Below are positions 1 to 9,066 of a stretch of DNA of 64,000 nucleotides, piece by piece. A model generated the notes under the pieces. The model was not told the origin of the DNA. It did no database searches and worked only from the letters and a program-made list of their open reading frames with translations. The DNA is taken from the NCBI GenBank assembly GCA_048938105.1, contig JBHLMN010000003.1, positions 329,994 through 393,993 on the forward strand, read 5' to 3'. Both the position numbers and the translations under genes were made by a program. The first letter of the stretch is position 1; the number at the start of each line of letters is the position of its first letter. The DNA comes from Promethearchaeota archaeon (GTDB lineage Archaea; Asgardarchaeota; Heimdallarchaeia; Hodarchaeales; Hodarchaeaceae).

Positions 1-465
1 ATTGAAATCTCTGACGATGATATTATACCATTAATTTCCGTTTTAGACAAAGAACAACCAGATATAATTCTTATTCTAGGAGGAATAACTGATCCCCATG
101 GACTTAAAGCAAGAATTGTAGAAATATTCGAATTAGCATTAAATAGATCTAAGATCCAAAAAGTAGATTTATGGTATTATAAGACGACTATGGAGGAGTT
201 TTCGGTTGCTAAGGGAGATTTAATTATTCCTTTTTCTGAAAAAGAAATGGATCTGAAAGCAATAGCAATTCAACGATTAAATAGTCAACAGGTGGTTGAT
301 TTCCTTATTATTCCTGGATTTGACCCACGACCGCTTTGGGAACGTATTAAAGAGCGGAATCAAAGAGTTGGACACATCCTTAGAACAATTGGTTTAGTTC
401 CTGATGAATATATTTACGCTTCAATTTGTCAGGTTTCTCAATATATCAAAGAGAGCTCTAAGTAA
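1..465 (+). CDS. 3' part (5'-truncated by window) of a long-form glucosamine-6-phosphate deaminase-like protein, C-terminal PIG-L-like domain
   Basis: Frame 1 is open from base 1 (IEISDDDIIPLISVLDKEQPDIILILGGITDPHGLK...LWYY...) into the listed ORF. Motifs DPHG, PFSEKEMDLKAIAIQRLNSQ and PGFDPRPLWERIKERN match the C-terminal domain of long NagB proteins (DPHGTH...KRxAIFKHQSQ...FPGxDxREFWQRAEDRN). Lies next to an exo-glucosaminidase. Confidence 0.6.
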   Translation: MEISDDDIIPLISVLDKEQPDIILILGGITDPHGLKARIVEIFELALNRSKIQKVDLWYYKTTMEEFSVAKGDLIIPFSEKEMDLKAIAIQRLNSQQVVDFLIIPGFDPRPLWERIKERNQRVGHILRTIGLVPDEYIYASICQVSQYIKESSK

Positions 466-497
466 TAATAAAATTGTTTTTACGGAGTAAGACAACA

Positions 498-3080
498 TTG
501 AGTAAAAAAATTATCTTGAATAAAGAATGGAAAATGCAATCTTCTGGAAATTTATCAAAGTTTGGTGAAGTGATTTCCACTACTGATTTCATACCAGAAG
601 ATTGGTATACTGTTGATGTTCCGACAACTGTCATAAATGGTCTTATTTTAAATGATGAATTCGATTTTAAAGATCCTTATTACGGATTAAATCTGAAATC
701 AATACCAGGACACAAAGCACATATTACTCAACAGAATTATGAAAGCCGATATATGCCTGAAGACAGCCCTTTTAGAAAATCATGGTGGTTTAGAAAAGAG
801 TTTTTACTAGAAAGGAAGAATGGTAATGAGGAAACTTGGATAGCTTTTGATGGTATTAATTATTCAGCAAATATTTGGATAAATGGAAAACGGATTGCTG
901 GTTCAGATCATATAATTGGAACATATCGACGTTATGATTTTCATGTTACTCCTTTTGTGGATCTCGGAAAAAAGAACATAATTGCACTAGAGGTTTTTTC
1001 GCCTAATCCTGATGATCTTGGAATAAGTTTTGTAGACTGGAACCCTTTACCTCCTGATGATGACATGGGTATTTGGCATCCAGTATATGTTTATATGACA
1101 GGCCCAGTTGCATTAAAGTATCCATTTGTGAAAAGCAAATTGAACATTGAAACTTTAAAAGAAGCTGAATTACTAATCAGTGTTGAACTGCATAATACAC
1201 AAAAAAACCAAGTAGAAGCTATCGTGGAAGGAAAAATTGGGGAAATAACTTTTCAAAAGGAATTATTCCTATCTTCGTATGAAAAAAAGGAATTCATTTT
1301 CTCTTGTGTGGATTTTCCCCAACTTCTAATAAAAGATCCACGTATTTGGTGGCCTTATCAACTTGGTTCGCCAGAGTTATATAAGCTGGATCTAATAGTC
1401 AAAGTGAACGATGAAATCTCTGATGAAAAAGTAATAAATTTTGGAATAAGAGATGTAAAGTCTTCTATCAATGAATATGGTTCATGTGTATTCACTATCA
1501 ATGGACAGAATATTCTCATCCGTGGTGGAGGTTGGACATGTGATATGATGCTTCACCAATCGAAAGAACGAGACGAAATTGATATTTCCTTTTTAAAGAA
1601 TCTCAATATGAACACTTTACGACTTGAAGGTAAATTAGGATCAGATTATTTTTGGGAAAAATGTGATAGAGAAGGAATACTCGTTTTAGCAGGATGGGTC
1701 TGTTGTAGTCATTGGGAAAAGTGGAATAACTGGAAAAAAGGAGATTTAAGGGTTGCAAAAAAGTCTTTAGACTCTCAGATTCGTCGTCTTCGTAATCATC
1801 CAAGCTTGATAGCATGGTTATATGGGAGTGACTTCCCACCACCCGAATTTGTTGAGAAAGTTTATCTTGACGTATTAAAAGAACACAATGAACTTCCAAT
1901 AATTTCAAGTGCGACAGCTGCACCTTCAGTAATTCTTGGAGAAACAGGAGTAAAGATGTCAGGGCCTTACACTTATGTACCACCTATCTATTGGTATACT
2001 AAAGGAAAACCAGGTTTTGCTGAGAGCTTTAATACTGAAACAGGGCCTGATGTGTGTATTCCTCCTTATGAGAGTTTGATGAAGATGTTACCTGAAAATC
2101 AGTTGTATATAGGCAGCGAAGGTTGGAATTATCATGCAGGACTTGGTTCTTTCAAAAATACAGAAATAATAGAAGAAACAATTTCTAAAAGGTATGGTAA
2201 ACCAAAGGATATTGAAGATTTTACACGAACCTCCCAAGTTCTTGGTTACGAATGTTGGCGAGCAATGTTTGAGGCATACGGGCAAAATTTTCCTAAAGCA
2301 ACAGGTGTTATAGGTTGGATGTATAATAGTGCGTGGCCAAGCTTAATTTGGCAATTATTTGACTATTATTTTAATCCTAATGGTGCATTCTATGGTTCAA
2401 AGAAAGCCTGTGAACTCATTCATATCCAATATTCATATAGTGATGCATCAGTCTGGGTTATTAACGGAACACTTAATAAAAAGGAAAATCTAACCGTAAC
2501 AGTGAATCTATTTAATATTGATCTAGAAAAAAAGTATTCCTTTTCAAAAAAGGTGAATATTAATGGGAATGATAGAAAAAAAACTCTAACTGTTCCTAAA
2601 ATAGAGGGATTATCTTCAGTATATTTTATTCAACTCCTCCTTGAGGATGGTTCAATTGTACTTAGTGAAAATTTCTACTGGCTTTCATTAAAAAACGATT
2701 TGTTTGAGGACAAAGATGAATGGTATTACAGTCCAGTTAAAGAACATGCAGATATGAGTAGTTTAAGAGATCTCCTCGATGCAGAAATAAAATGTGATTT
2801 TAGTATTATCGAAAAAAAGAATGTGTACGAAATTTCTTTACGTATCACAAATATTTCCGATGTAATTGCATTTTTCCTAAGATATTATTTAATTGAGGAA
2901 GAAACAAATCAATTTCTCACCCCTGTATATTGGGAGGATAACTGTATAAGTATTCTTCCTTCAGAGACAAGAGAAATTACAGGAGTTTTTCCAAAGAATA
3001 CCATAACCAGTAAAGTAAATGTTCAAATTGATGGTTGGAACTGCAGGCAAACATTGCGGTCGGAAAAAGGTATTAACTAA
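498..3080 (+). CDS. GH2 exo-1,4-beta-D-glucosaminidase (CsxA-like)
   Basis: FDGINYSANIWING, GWVCCSHWE, RLRNHPSL, GSDFPP (acid/base D), KMSGPYTYVPPIYWY, FNTETGP (nucleophile E). TTG at 498 follows a GGAG RBS (ORF track starts at 474). No signal peptide. Confidence 0.85.
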   Translation: MSKKIILNKEWKMQSSGNLSKFGEVISTTDFIPEDWYTVDVPTTVINGLILNDEFDFKDPYYGLNLKSIPGHKAHITQQNYESRYMPEDSPFRKSWWFRKEFLLERKNGNEETWIAFDGINYSANIWINGKRIAGSDHIIGTYRRYDFHVTPFVDLGKKNIIALEVFSPNPDDLGISFVDWNPLPPDDDMGIWHPVYVYMTGPVALKYPFVKSKLNIETLKEAELLISVELHNTQKNQVEAIVEGKIGEITFQKELFLSSYEKKEFIFSCVDFPQLLIKDPRIWWPYQLGSPELYKLDLIVKVNDEISDEKVINFGIRDVKSSINEYGSCVFTINGQNILIRGGGWTCDMMLHQSKERDEIDISFLKNLNMNTLRLEGKLGSDYFWEKCDREGILVLAGWVCCSHWEKWNNWKKGDLRVAKKSLDSQIRRLRNHPSLIAWLYGSDFPPPEFVEKVYLDVLKEHNELPIISSATAAPSVILGETGVKMSGPYTYVPPIYWYTKGKPGFAESFNTETGPDVCIPPYESLMKMLPENQLYIGSEGWNYHAGLGSFKNTEIIEETISKRYGKPKDIEDFTRTSQVLGYECWRAMFEAYGQNFPKATGVIGWMYNSAWPSLIWQLFDYYFNPNGAFYGSKKACELIHIQYSYSDASVWVINGTLNKKENLTVTVNLFNIDLEKKYSFSKKVNINGNDRKKTLTVPKIEGLSSVYFIQLLLEDGSIVLSENFYWLSLKNDLFEDKDEWYYSPVKEHADMSSLRDLLDAEIKCDFSIIEKKNVYEISLRITNISDVIAFFLRYYLIEEETNQFLTPVYWEDNCISILPSETREITGVFPKNTITSKVNVQIDGWNCRQTLRSEKGIN

Positions 3081-3168
3081 AATTACTAGTCAGAAGATTT
3101 TTCATTCTTAATGTGTCTCAATACTTGTGATATCATCTGCTATAGCATTAAAATAAGGACCCCTTCTC

Positions 3169-3873
3169 TCACCAATTCAATGGATTAGCATCAAAGTTAA
3201 CAAAGATTTGTTCATCAATTTTCCAATCCAATAAAATTGTCTTGGCTACATTATTTGCTGCTTCTAATGGGGTAATTGGGGCTTCAGATCCTCCCATATC
3301 TGAACTGAACCATCCAGGATGAATAGCTAATATCTTTACTCCATCTTTCTTATATCGATTATGGAGTAACTTTGACATCATATTCAACGCTGCTTTACTC
3401 ATACAATAACCATATTCACTTTCACGCCATGTTTGGTTACTAATCGATCCAGCTTCTGATGAAATATTAACTATCATTTTTTTTTGGCTGTTCTTCACTA
3501 ATGGAATAAAAAATTTGATCACTTTCAAGGGTGCAATAGAATTGACTTCAAAAGTTTGACTAATGGCCTCAAAATCCGTTTTTTCAAGAATAGGGCGATG
3601 GTTTTCTAAGTGAATGGCTGCATTGTTAATTAGAATATCAATGGAGGATGTAATATTTTTAATCTTTAAAAAAGCAGCTCGGATGTCATTTTCTTCAGTT
3701 ACATTAACTCTAAACAAGATTATATTGTCATTAAACTTAGTTTTTAGTTCCTTTAAACCATTACTCATAGAGCGATAAAGAGCAAACACAATGTTTCCAT
3801 TTTCAATGAGTATTTTAGTAAGAGCAAAACCTAAGCCCCTATTTGCTCCTGTAATCAGGATATTTCTTTTCAT
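3169..3873 (-). CDS. short-chain dehydrogenase/reductase (CsgA/C-factor-like subgroup)
   Basis: TGANRGLG Rossmann motif, NNAA, SSEAGS, catalytic YCMSK, IHPGW. Confidence 0.9.
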   Translation of the reverse strand: MKRNILITGANRGLGFALTKILIENGNIVFALYRSMSNGLKELKTKFNDNIILFRVNVTEENDIRAAFLKIKNITSSIDILINNAAIHLENHRPILEKTDFEAISQTFEVNSIAPLKVIKFFIPLVKNSQKKMIVNISSEAGSISNQTWRESEYGYCMSKAALNMMSKLLHNRYKKDGVKILAIHPGWFSSDMGGSEAPITPLEAANNVAKTILLDWKIDEQIFVNFDANPLNW

Positions 3874-3934
3874 GATTTAACTCCAATGAATTAGTTATTG
3901 ATCTTATTGAACTGGTTAATTTCATAGAAAGTTG

Positions 3935-6364
3935 TCAATTTGAGAATTCTAGAGCATGTTCAATAGCCCAAATGCTTAATGGCCGCATATACATACTTGC
4001 CCGATAATTACCTGTGACATCCCAGGCTTCAGGCGTACGGTACCAATATCCTCTGTTATAAGTGCTATTAGTGTTATAGACAACATTATATATTCCCCAC
4101 GCTGTATTCCATGCTTCATCTATCATTCCACGGTGAATCATAAATGCGGTAAGGGCATAAGTTGTACCTGTCCATACTTCTTGAGATTGTTCACTAGTTT
4201 TGTCAATGTCACCATCAGGTCGCATACCATTAACAGCTCCCATTTGCCCATCAGCAAATTTAAGAACATTATAGTTGTAGATTTTTTGTAAGGCCGATAA
4301 AATATGATTTTCGGAGACTATAGGCTCCAAATCTGTGGCGTCACAATACCATTGACCGCCTAATTGATCAGCCATTATACTGTCAGAATAAGATCCCTCA
4401 CTTGCATCATAGTTATAATACTCTCCATTCCAGAGTTTATCCTCATATGAAGCTTTTCCTCTTACTAACCAACTCGTATACAGATTTACGTTATCTGTAT
4501 CTCCAATTATTATTCCCATTTTAATCGCTGCCTCTAAAGCTGCTAACCACAAACCAGCACAATAAGCACTTTCATTTGACATCTTCCATTCATCATAGGT
4601 CTGGTCTGGAACCCCTTCATTTTCAGGTAAATGATCTCCATCGGTATCATAATTGTGTAAATAATCTAGTGCCATAACAACAGATGTCCAACCATCCTCC
4701 ACTAATGTAGTATCATTGGTAAAGAAATAATCACGATAAAGTTGTAAGACGAATTTTGAGTTCATATCTTTCCACATATTGGAATCACGCCACCGATAAG
4801 AATTGACAATGAACCAGGGATCTTCATAACCAATATCATGAGGGCAGCTTCCAGGAACTTTACGTGGACCAGTCTCATCAGTAGCCCATATTGTCGTAAT
4901 TGTTGGGTCATCTATAGGTACAGCTGCAATAAAATCTCTGATTGCTTGTTTTTGCAACTCAGGCCATAGCTGAATTAATGAAAAAGAGGCATAATAAAGA
5001 ACATCAAAGGTATTATACATACTATAGTCAAAACACTCAAGAAAACCAAATCGGCCAATCCCTTCTTCAAGAGGCCCTTCACTAACAAGACCATTTTCCC
5101 AAAACGTACCTCCATCAACTAAATAGTATAACTCGTTGAATAAAGCTGTCTTATACCAATTAGGCCGACTTTCGTCTTCTAGAATTGGTTGTTGCCAAGA
5201 ATCAATGGCTTCTTCCCAATTTGTATAATTAGCTAAAGCTTCAGAGGCAATGGCTAATGCATTTCTTCCAGTAGTTCCAAAAAAACGAGTGTACCGTTTA
5301 TACCATTGCCTATTCCAGTCAAATTCAGTTATGGGGAAGTCCCAAGCAAGAATAAAGGGGATTATTTGCTGCTCACTAGGATCTAATTCTAATGTAACCG
5401 ATAAAGCTGCACCAATATCTTCTAATATGTCCGCATGATCAGTATTGTTAATGTTGTCTAATTTACCATCTGTTGCGAAATCTTGCCAAACATCAGAACC
5501 TCCACTACTTACAGAAAAGCATGAACGATAGCTGATAGTCCAATTGGGGCTATTCTGTGTTACCAAAGCGAATGAGCCATCCCATTCTTCCTCTACCGTC
5601 TCTTTATCGCGAGTAAGGATAATTCCAGTCATATTTTTGTCATCAGAGGTGAAGGCGTAGTTATACTTATCCATAAGTGGATGATCAGTATTACAAATTG
5701 ACCCTACAAGGTTCTGCCATGTGAACATCAATCCTACGATTATTGACTCATTTGTTGGATTCTCAACGGCCCATTCAAATACTCCAACAGGATAGCTACT
5801 TTCTTTGTAATTTTTCGGGATAATAGGCGAGAACTGTTTTTGCAGCAAGTTCACAGGTAGCTCTTTCCAATTGTAATCATACCATGCTTTAGGAAATAAT
5901 CCATAATATGTCCCTGCGCCGACTGGCATATCCCAATTCCATTTTAGGTCTGTGTCTGATTCCTTTAACGATGAAAGAACATGTGCATCAGATTCATCTT
6001 TTTGGGACACAAAAACAGAGAACTGATTTGCATCTATTGTTTCAAATTTATGTTTCCCAATTTCTAGATGCCAACGAGCGAAATCTCCACGATAGGTTCG
6101 GCCAATGCTTCCTGCACCTAAACCTCCAAGTGGTACTCCGCCCCATTCTTTATCATCTATGATCCAATAACTAGTTTTCGGCTTCCCAGTTTGACTGTAA
6201 GGAACTCCAATTCCTCGTGACCATGCCACCTTAGGTATGGTACTAGGAATAGATACTGGCCCCTCTGGTGAGCTAGGCTGATATAAAGTTAACAAAACCA
6301 CGCCAATAGCGCTTATTAGTAATAATATTGTGATTATGCCAGCTATTATTATATTTCTTATCAT
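3935..6364 (-). CDS. GH116 beta-glucosidase / non-lysosomal glucosylceramidase family, N-terminal membrane anchor
   Basis: GVPLGGLGAGSIGR, SSYPV, LFNELYYLVDGG, LECFDY (nucleophile E), WKDMNSKF, PDQTYDEW (acid/base D), YMRPLSIWA. Hydrophobic residues ~4-27. Confidence 0.9.
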   Translation of the reverse strand: MIRNIIIAGIITILLLISAIGVVLLTLYQPSSPEGPVSIPSTIPKVAWSRGIGVPYSQTGKPKTSYWIIDDKEWGGVPLGGLGAGSIGRTYRGDFARWHLEIGKHKFETIDANQFSVFVSQKDESDAHVLSSLKESDTDLKWNWDMPVGAGTYYGLFPKAWYDYNWKELPVNLLQKQFSPIIPKNYKESSYPVGVFEWAVENPTNESIIVGLMFTWQNLVGSICNTDHPLMDKYNYAFTSDDKNMTGIILTRDKETVEEEWDGSFALVTQNSPNWTISYRSCFSVSSGGSDVWQDFATDGKLDNINNTDHADILEDIGAALSVTLELDPSEQQIIPFILAWDFPITEFDWNRQWYKRYTRFFGTTGRNALAIASEALANYTNWEEAIDSWQQPILEDESRPNWYKTALFNELYYLVDGGTFWENGLVSEGPLEEGIGRFGFLECFDYSMYNTFDVLYYASFSLIQLWPELQKQAIRDFIAAVPIDDPTITTIWATDETGPRKVPGSCPHDIGYEDPWFIVNSYRWRDSNMWKDMNSKFVLQLYRDYFFTNDTTLVEDGWTSVVMALDYLHNYDTDGDHLPENEGVPDQTYDEWKMSNESAYCAGLWLAALEAAIKMGIIIGDTDNVNLYTSWLVRGKASYEDKLWNGEYYNYDASEGSYSDSIMADQLGGQWYCDATDLEPIVSENHILSALQKIYNYNVLKFADGQMGAVNGMRPDGDIDKTSEQSQEVWTGTTYALTAFMIHRGMIDEAWNTAWGIYNVVYNTNSTYNRGYWYRTPEAWDVTGNYRASMYMRPLSIWAIEHALEFSN

Positions 6365-6389
6365 AGATTAGTTCTTCCTTTGAATATAT

Positions 6390-8834
6390 TTAGCTTATAA
6401 TTCCTTTAATTGTAACTTTTTTCTTTCTTATAAATGAAAACGGAATGATATTCCCTTCAATCGGTTGACCATCGACTTCAAGTATAATCGAATTCCCCTC
6501 ACCAGTACGTTCAAGAGAAATGCTGTAATCCACCCCACGGAAGGTACGTGTTGCTTTAAAGCTGGACCAGGATTTTGGAATGATGGGTACGATCTGTAAT
6601 CCAGTATAGGTAGGTCGAATCCCAAGAATCCAATTTGTAATGGCAATATAATTCCAAGCAGCGGTACCAGTTAGCCAAGAATTCTTAGCTTCCCCGAAAT
6701 TTGGGGCATCTCGCCCAGCGATCATCTGAGCATATACATATGGTTCACAACGATGTAGTTCACTAATGTCTTCCCTGACAGAAGGATTAATTCGCATGTA
6801 ATAATCATATGCCTTATCTCCGTGCCCGATTATTGATTCAGAAATCATTATCCACGGATTTGTATGACAAAAAATACTCGCGTTTTCTTTATACCCTGGA
6901 GGATATGACGAAATTTCTCCTAAATGTAAATAATACTGCGAATAGGGAGGTTGATGGAGCATGATACCATGTGGTGTAGCTAATAGTTTCTCCACAGCAG
7001 TTAGCGCCTTTTCCGCTCTGCCATCATTAAGCCCTATTCCAGCTAAGATGCAGAATCCCTGAGGTTCGACGAAAATCTGCCCCTCTTTGGACTCATGTGA
7101 CCCCACCTCATTCCCAAAGTCGTCGTAGGCGCGTAGGAACCAGTCTCCATCCCAACCATATTTGTTAACAGCCTTCTTCATCTTTTCAATCCAAGTGAGA
7201 TATTCTGTTACCTCCTCCTCCAAATCACATTCTTGGAGAATCTCAACTAATTCTTTTGCTGCAAGTACGAACAGCCCTGCAATAAATATTGATTCGGCTA
7301 CTTTTCCATCTTTGTTTGTTGTTGTCTGAAAAGACTGGTCTGGTTCTTCAGAAAAACAGTTCAGATTCAAACAATCATTCCAGTCTGCGCGGCCAATAAG
7401 TGGTAACTCATGAGGTCCCAACCGTTTCTGTGTATAAGAAAGACTTCTCTTTAAATGGTCTAAAAGCTTTTCTTCTGTTCCAGGTTGATTTTCATATACT
7501 ACAAGTTCATCGAGTATATTAAAATCACCTGTTTCCTTCAGATATGAGGCTACACTCAAAATTAGCCAGAGGGGGTCATCATTGAAATTACTACCAATGT
7601 CATCATTGCCTCGTTTTGTAAGAGGTTGATATTGGTGATATGCACCACCTGTTTTCAATTGCGTGGCAGCTAAATCCAAAATACGTTCCCGTGCTCGTTC
7701 AGGGACCATATGGATAAAACCTAACAAATCTTGATTAGAATCACGAAATCCTATACCACGTCCGATTCCAGACTCAAAGAATGAGGCTGATCGTGACAAA
7801 TTAAAAGTGACCATACACTGATAGGCGTTCCAAATATTAACCATCCTATTTGTATGAATGTCGGGCGTTTCAACTTGGAATTTTTCTAATAAGCTATTCC
7901 AATATGAATTAAGGTTGTTAAAGGCCCTTTCCACATTATACTTATCCAAATATTTAGCGATGATTTTTTTTACGGTTTTTTTATTGATCGTCTGTGATCC
8001 AGGTGGATCAAACTTTTTGTTATGAGGATTCTCGTGGTACCCGAGTATGAAGATGATTTGCTTTGTTTCATTGGGATCTAGAGAAATCTTAACATGATGT
8101 GATCCTATTGGTGCCCAACCATGAGCTTCAGAATTATAAGAATGACCTCTTTCTACTACCACAGGTTTTTCCCAACTCCGATAAGATCCTAGAAAGTCGT
8201 CACGCTTAGTATCGAATCCTTCTAGAGGTTCTGAACATGCGAAATACGCAAAATGATTTCTTCGTTCACGATATTCTGTTTTGTGATATATTATGTTATT
8301 TTCAATCTCTACCTCCCCAGTATTATAATTTCGTTGGAAGTTGGTAAAATCATCCAAAGCATCCCACAAACAAAATTCAATACAGGAAAAAATTGACAGA
8401 TTTACTTGCCTCTCCTGCTGGTTTTTTAATGAAAGTTGCCAAATTTCTAGATTCTCACTTAAAGGGACAAAATATCGTGTTGTTGCTTCAATCTTATTGT
8501 ACGTGGAACCGATGATAGAATATCCTAGCCCGTGACGACAAGTGAAATTCTCCAAATTGTTACGAGTGGGTTGCCATGAAGGAGACCAAAATTCTGTTGT
8601 TTTGTTATCTCGTAAATAAATGTATCGTCCACCAGAATCCAAAGGAACATTATTATAACGATATCGAGTTATACGTCTTGTTTTTGCATCTTGATAAAAT
8701 GAATATCCCCCTGCGGTATTAGAGATAATTCCAAAATATTTTTCGCAGCCTAAATAGTTAATCCAAGGCAATGGAGTATCAGGTTGAGCAATGACATACT
8801 CTCTAAGATCATCATCAAAATAACCGTACCGCAT
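6390..8834 (-). CDS. cbp: GH94 cellobiose phosphorylase
   Basis: MRYGYFDD..REYVI..P.TP.PWINYLG, HKTEYRERRNH, SRSASFFESGIGRGIGFRDSNQD, FNDDPLW, ADWNDCLNLNCFS, GYKENASIFCH, EAKNSWLTGTAAW; 814 aa. Confidence 0.9.
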   Translation of the reverse strand: MRYGYFDDDLREYVIAQPDTPLPWINYLGCEKYFGIISNTAGGYSFYQDAKTRRITRYRYNNVPLDSGGRYIYLRDNKTTEFWSPSWQPTRNNLENFTCRHGLGYSIIGSTYNKIEATTRYFVPLSENLEIWQLSLKNQQERQVNLSIFSCIEFCLWDALDDFTNFQRNYNTGEVEIENNIIYHKTEYRERRNHFAYFACSEPLEGFDTKRDDFLGSYRSWEKPVVVERGHSYNSEAHGWAPIGSHHVKISLDPNETKQIIFILGYHENPHNKKFDPPGSQTINKKTVKKIIAKYLDKYNVERAFNNLNSYWNSLLEKFQVETPDIHTNRMVNIWNAYQCMVTFNLSRSASFFESGIGRGIGFRDSNQDLLGFIHMVPERARERILDLAATQLKTGGAYHQYQPLTKRGNDDIGSNFNDDPLWLILSVASYLKETGDFNILDELVVYENQPGTEEKLLDHLKRSLSYTQKRLGPHELPLIGRADWNDCLNLNCFSEEPDQSFQTTTNKDGKVAESIFIAGLFVLAAKELVEILQECDLEEEVTEYLTWIEKMKKAVNKYGWDGDWFLRAYDDFGNEVGSHESKEGQIFVEPQGFCILAGIGLNDGRAEKALTAVEKLLATPHGIMLHQPPYSQYYLHLGEISSYPPGYKENASIFCHTNPWIMISESIIGHGDKAYDYYMRINPSVREDISELHRCEPYVYAQMIAGRDAPNFGEAKNSWLTGTAAWNYIAITNWILGIRPTYTGLQIVPIIPKSWSSFKATRTFRGVDYSISLERTGEGNSIILEVDGQPIEGNIIPFSFIRKKKVTIKGIIS

Positions 8835-9066
8835 GTGTTTATCTTCCTCAATTTCTCTTTTTTTCTCTTATTGAATTATCAAAGTTTATGTGTAATCTGA
8901 TATAATCACCTAGTGAAATTTGCATTAAATATCGTTTTTTTTCTCCTAATTTCAAACATATTATCGTTTAATCATGTAAAAGATATAAAGAAAGACTTGA
9001 AACTTGGTTAATTAAATTATTTTTCTTATAAATTGTAAAAACAATATAGAATAAAGGGTTATTTAC

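Noticed and set aside
8906-8916. TCAC-cta-GTGA palindrome between cbp and GH3 as a TrmB-type TGM box
   Set aside because: Spacing is 3 nt rather than the 5 nt of TATCAC-N5-GTGATA, it is a single copy, and no TrmB gene is in the window
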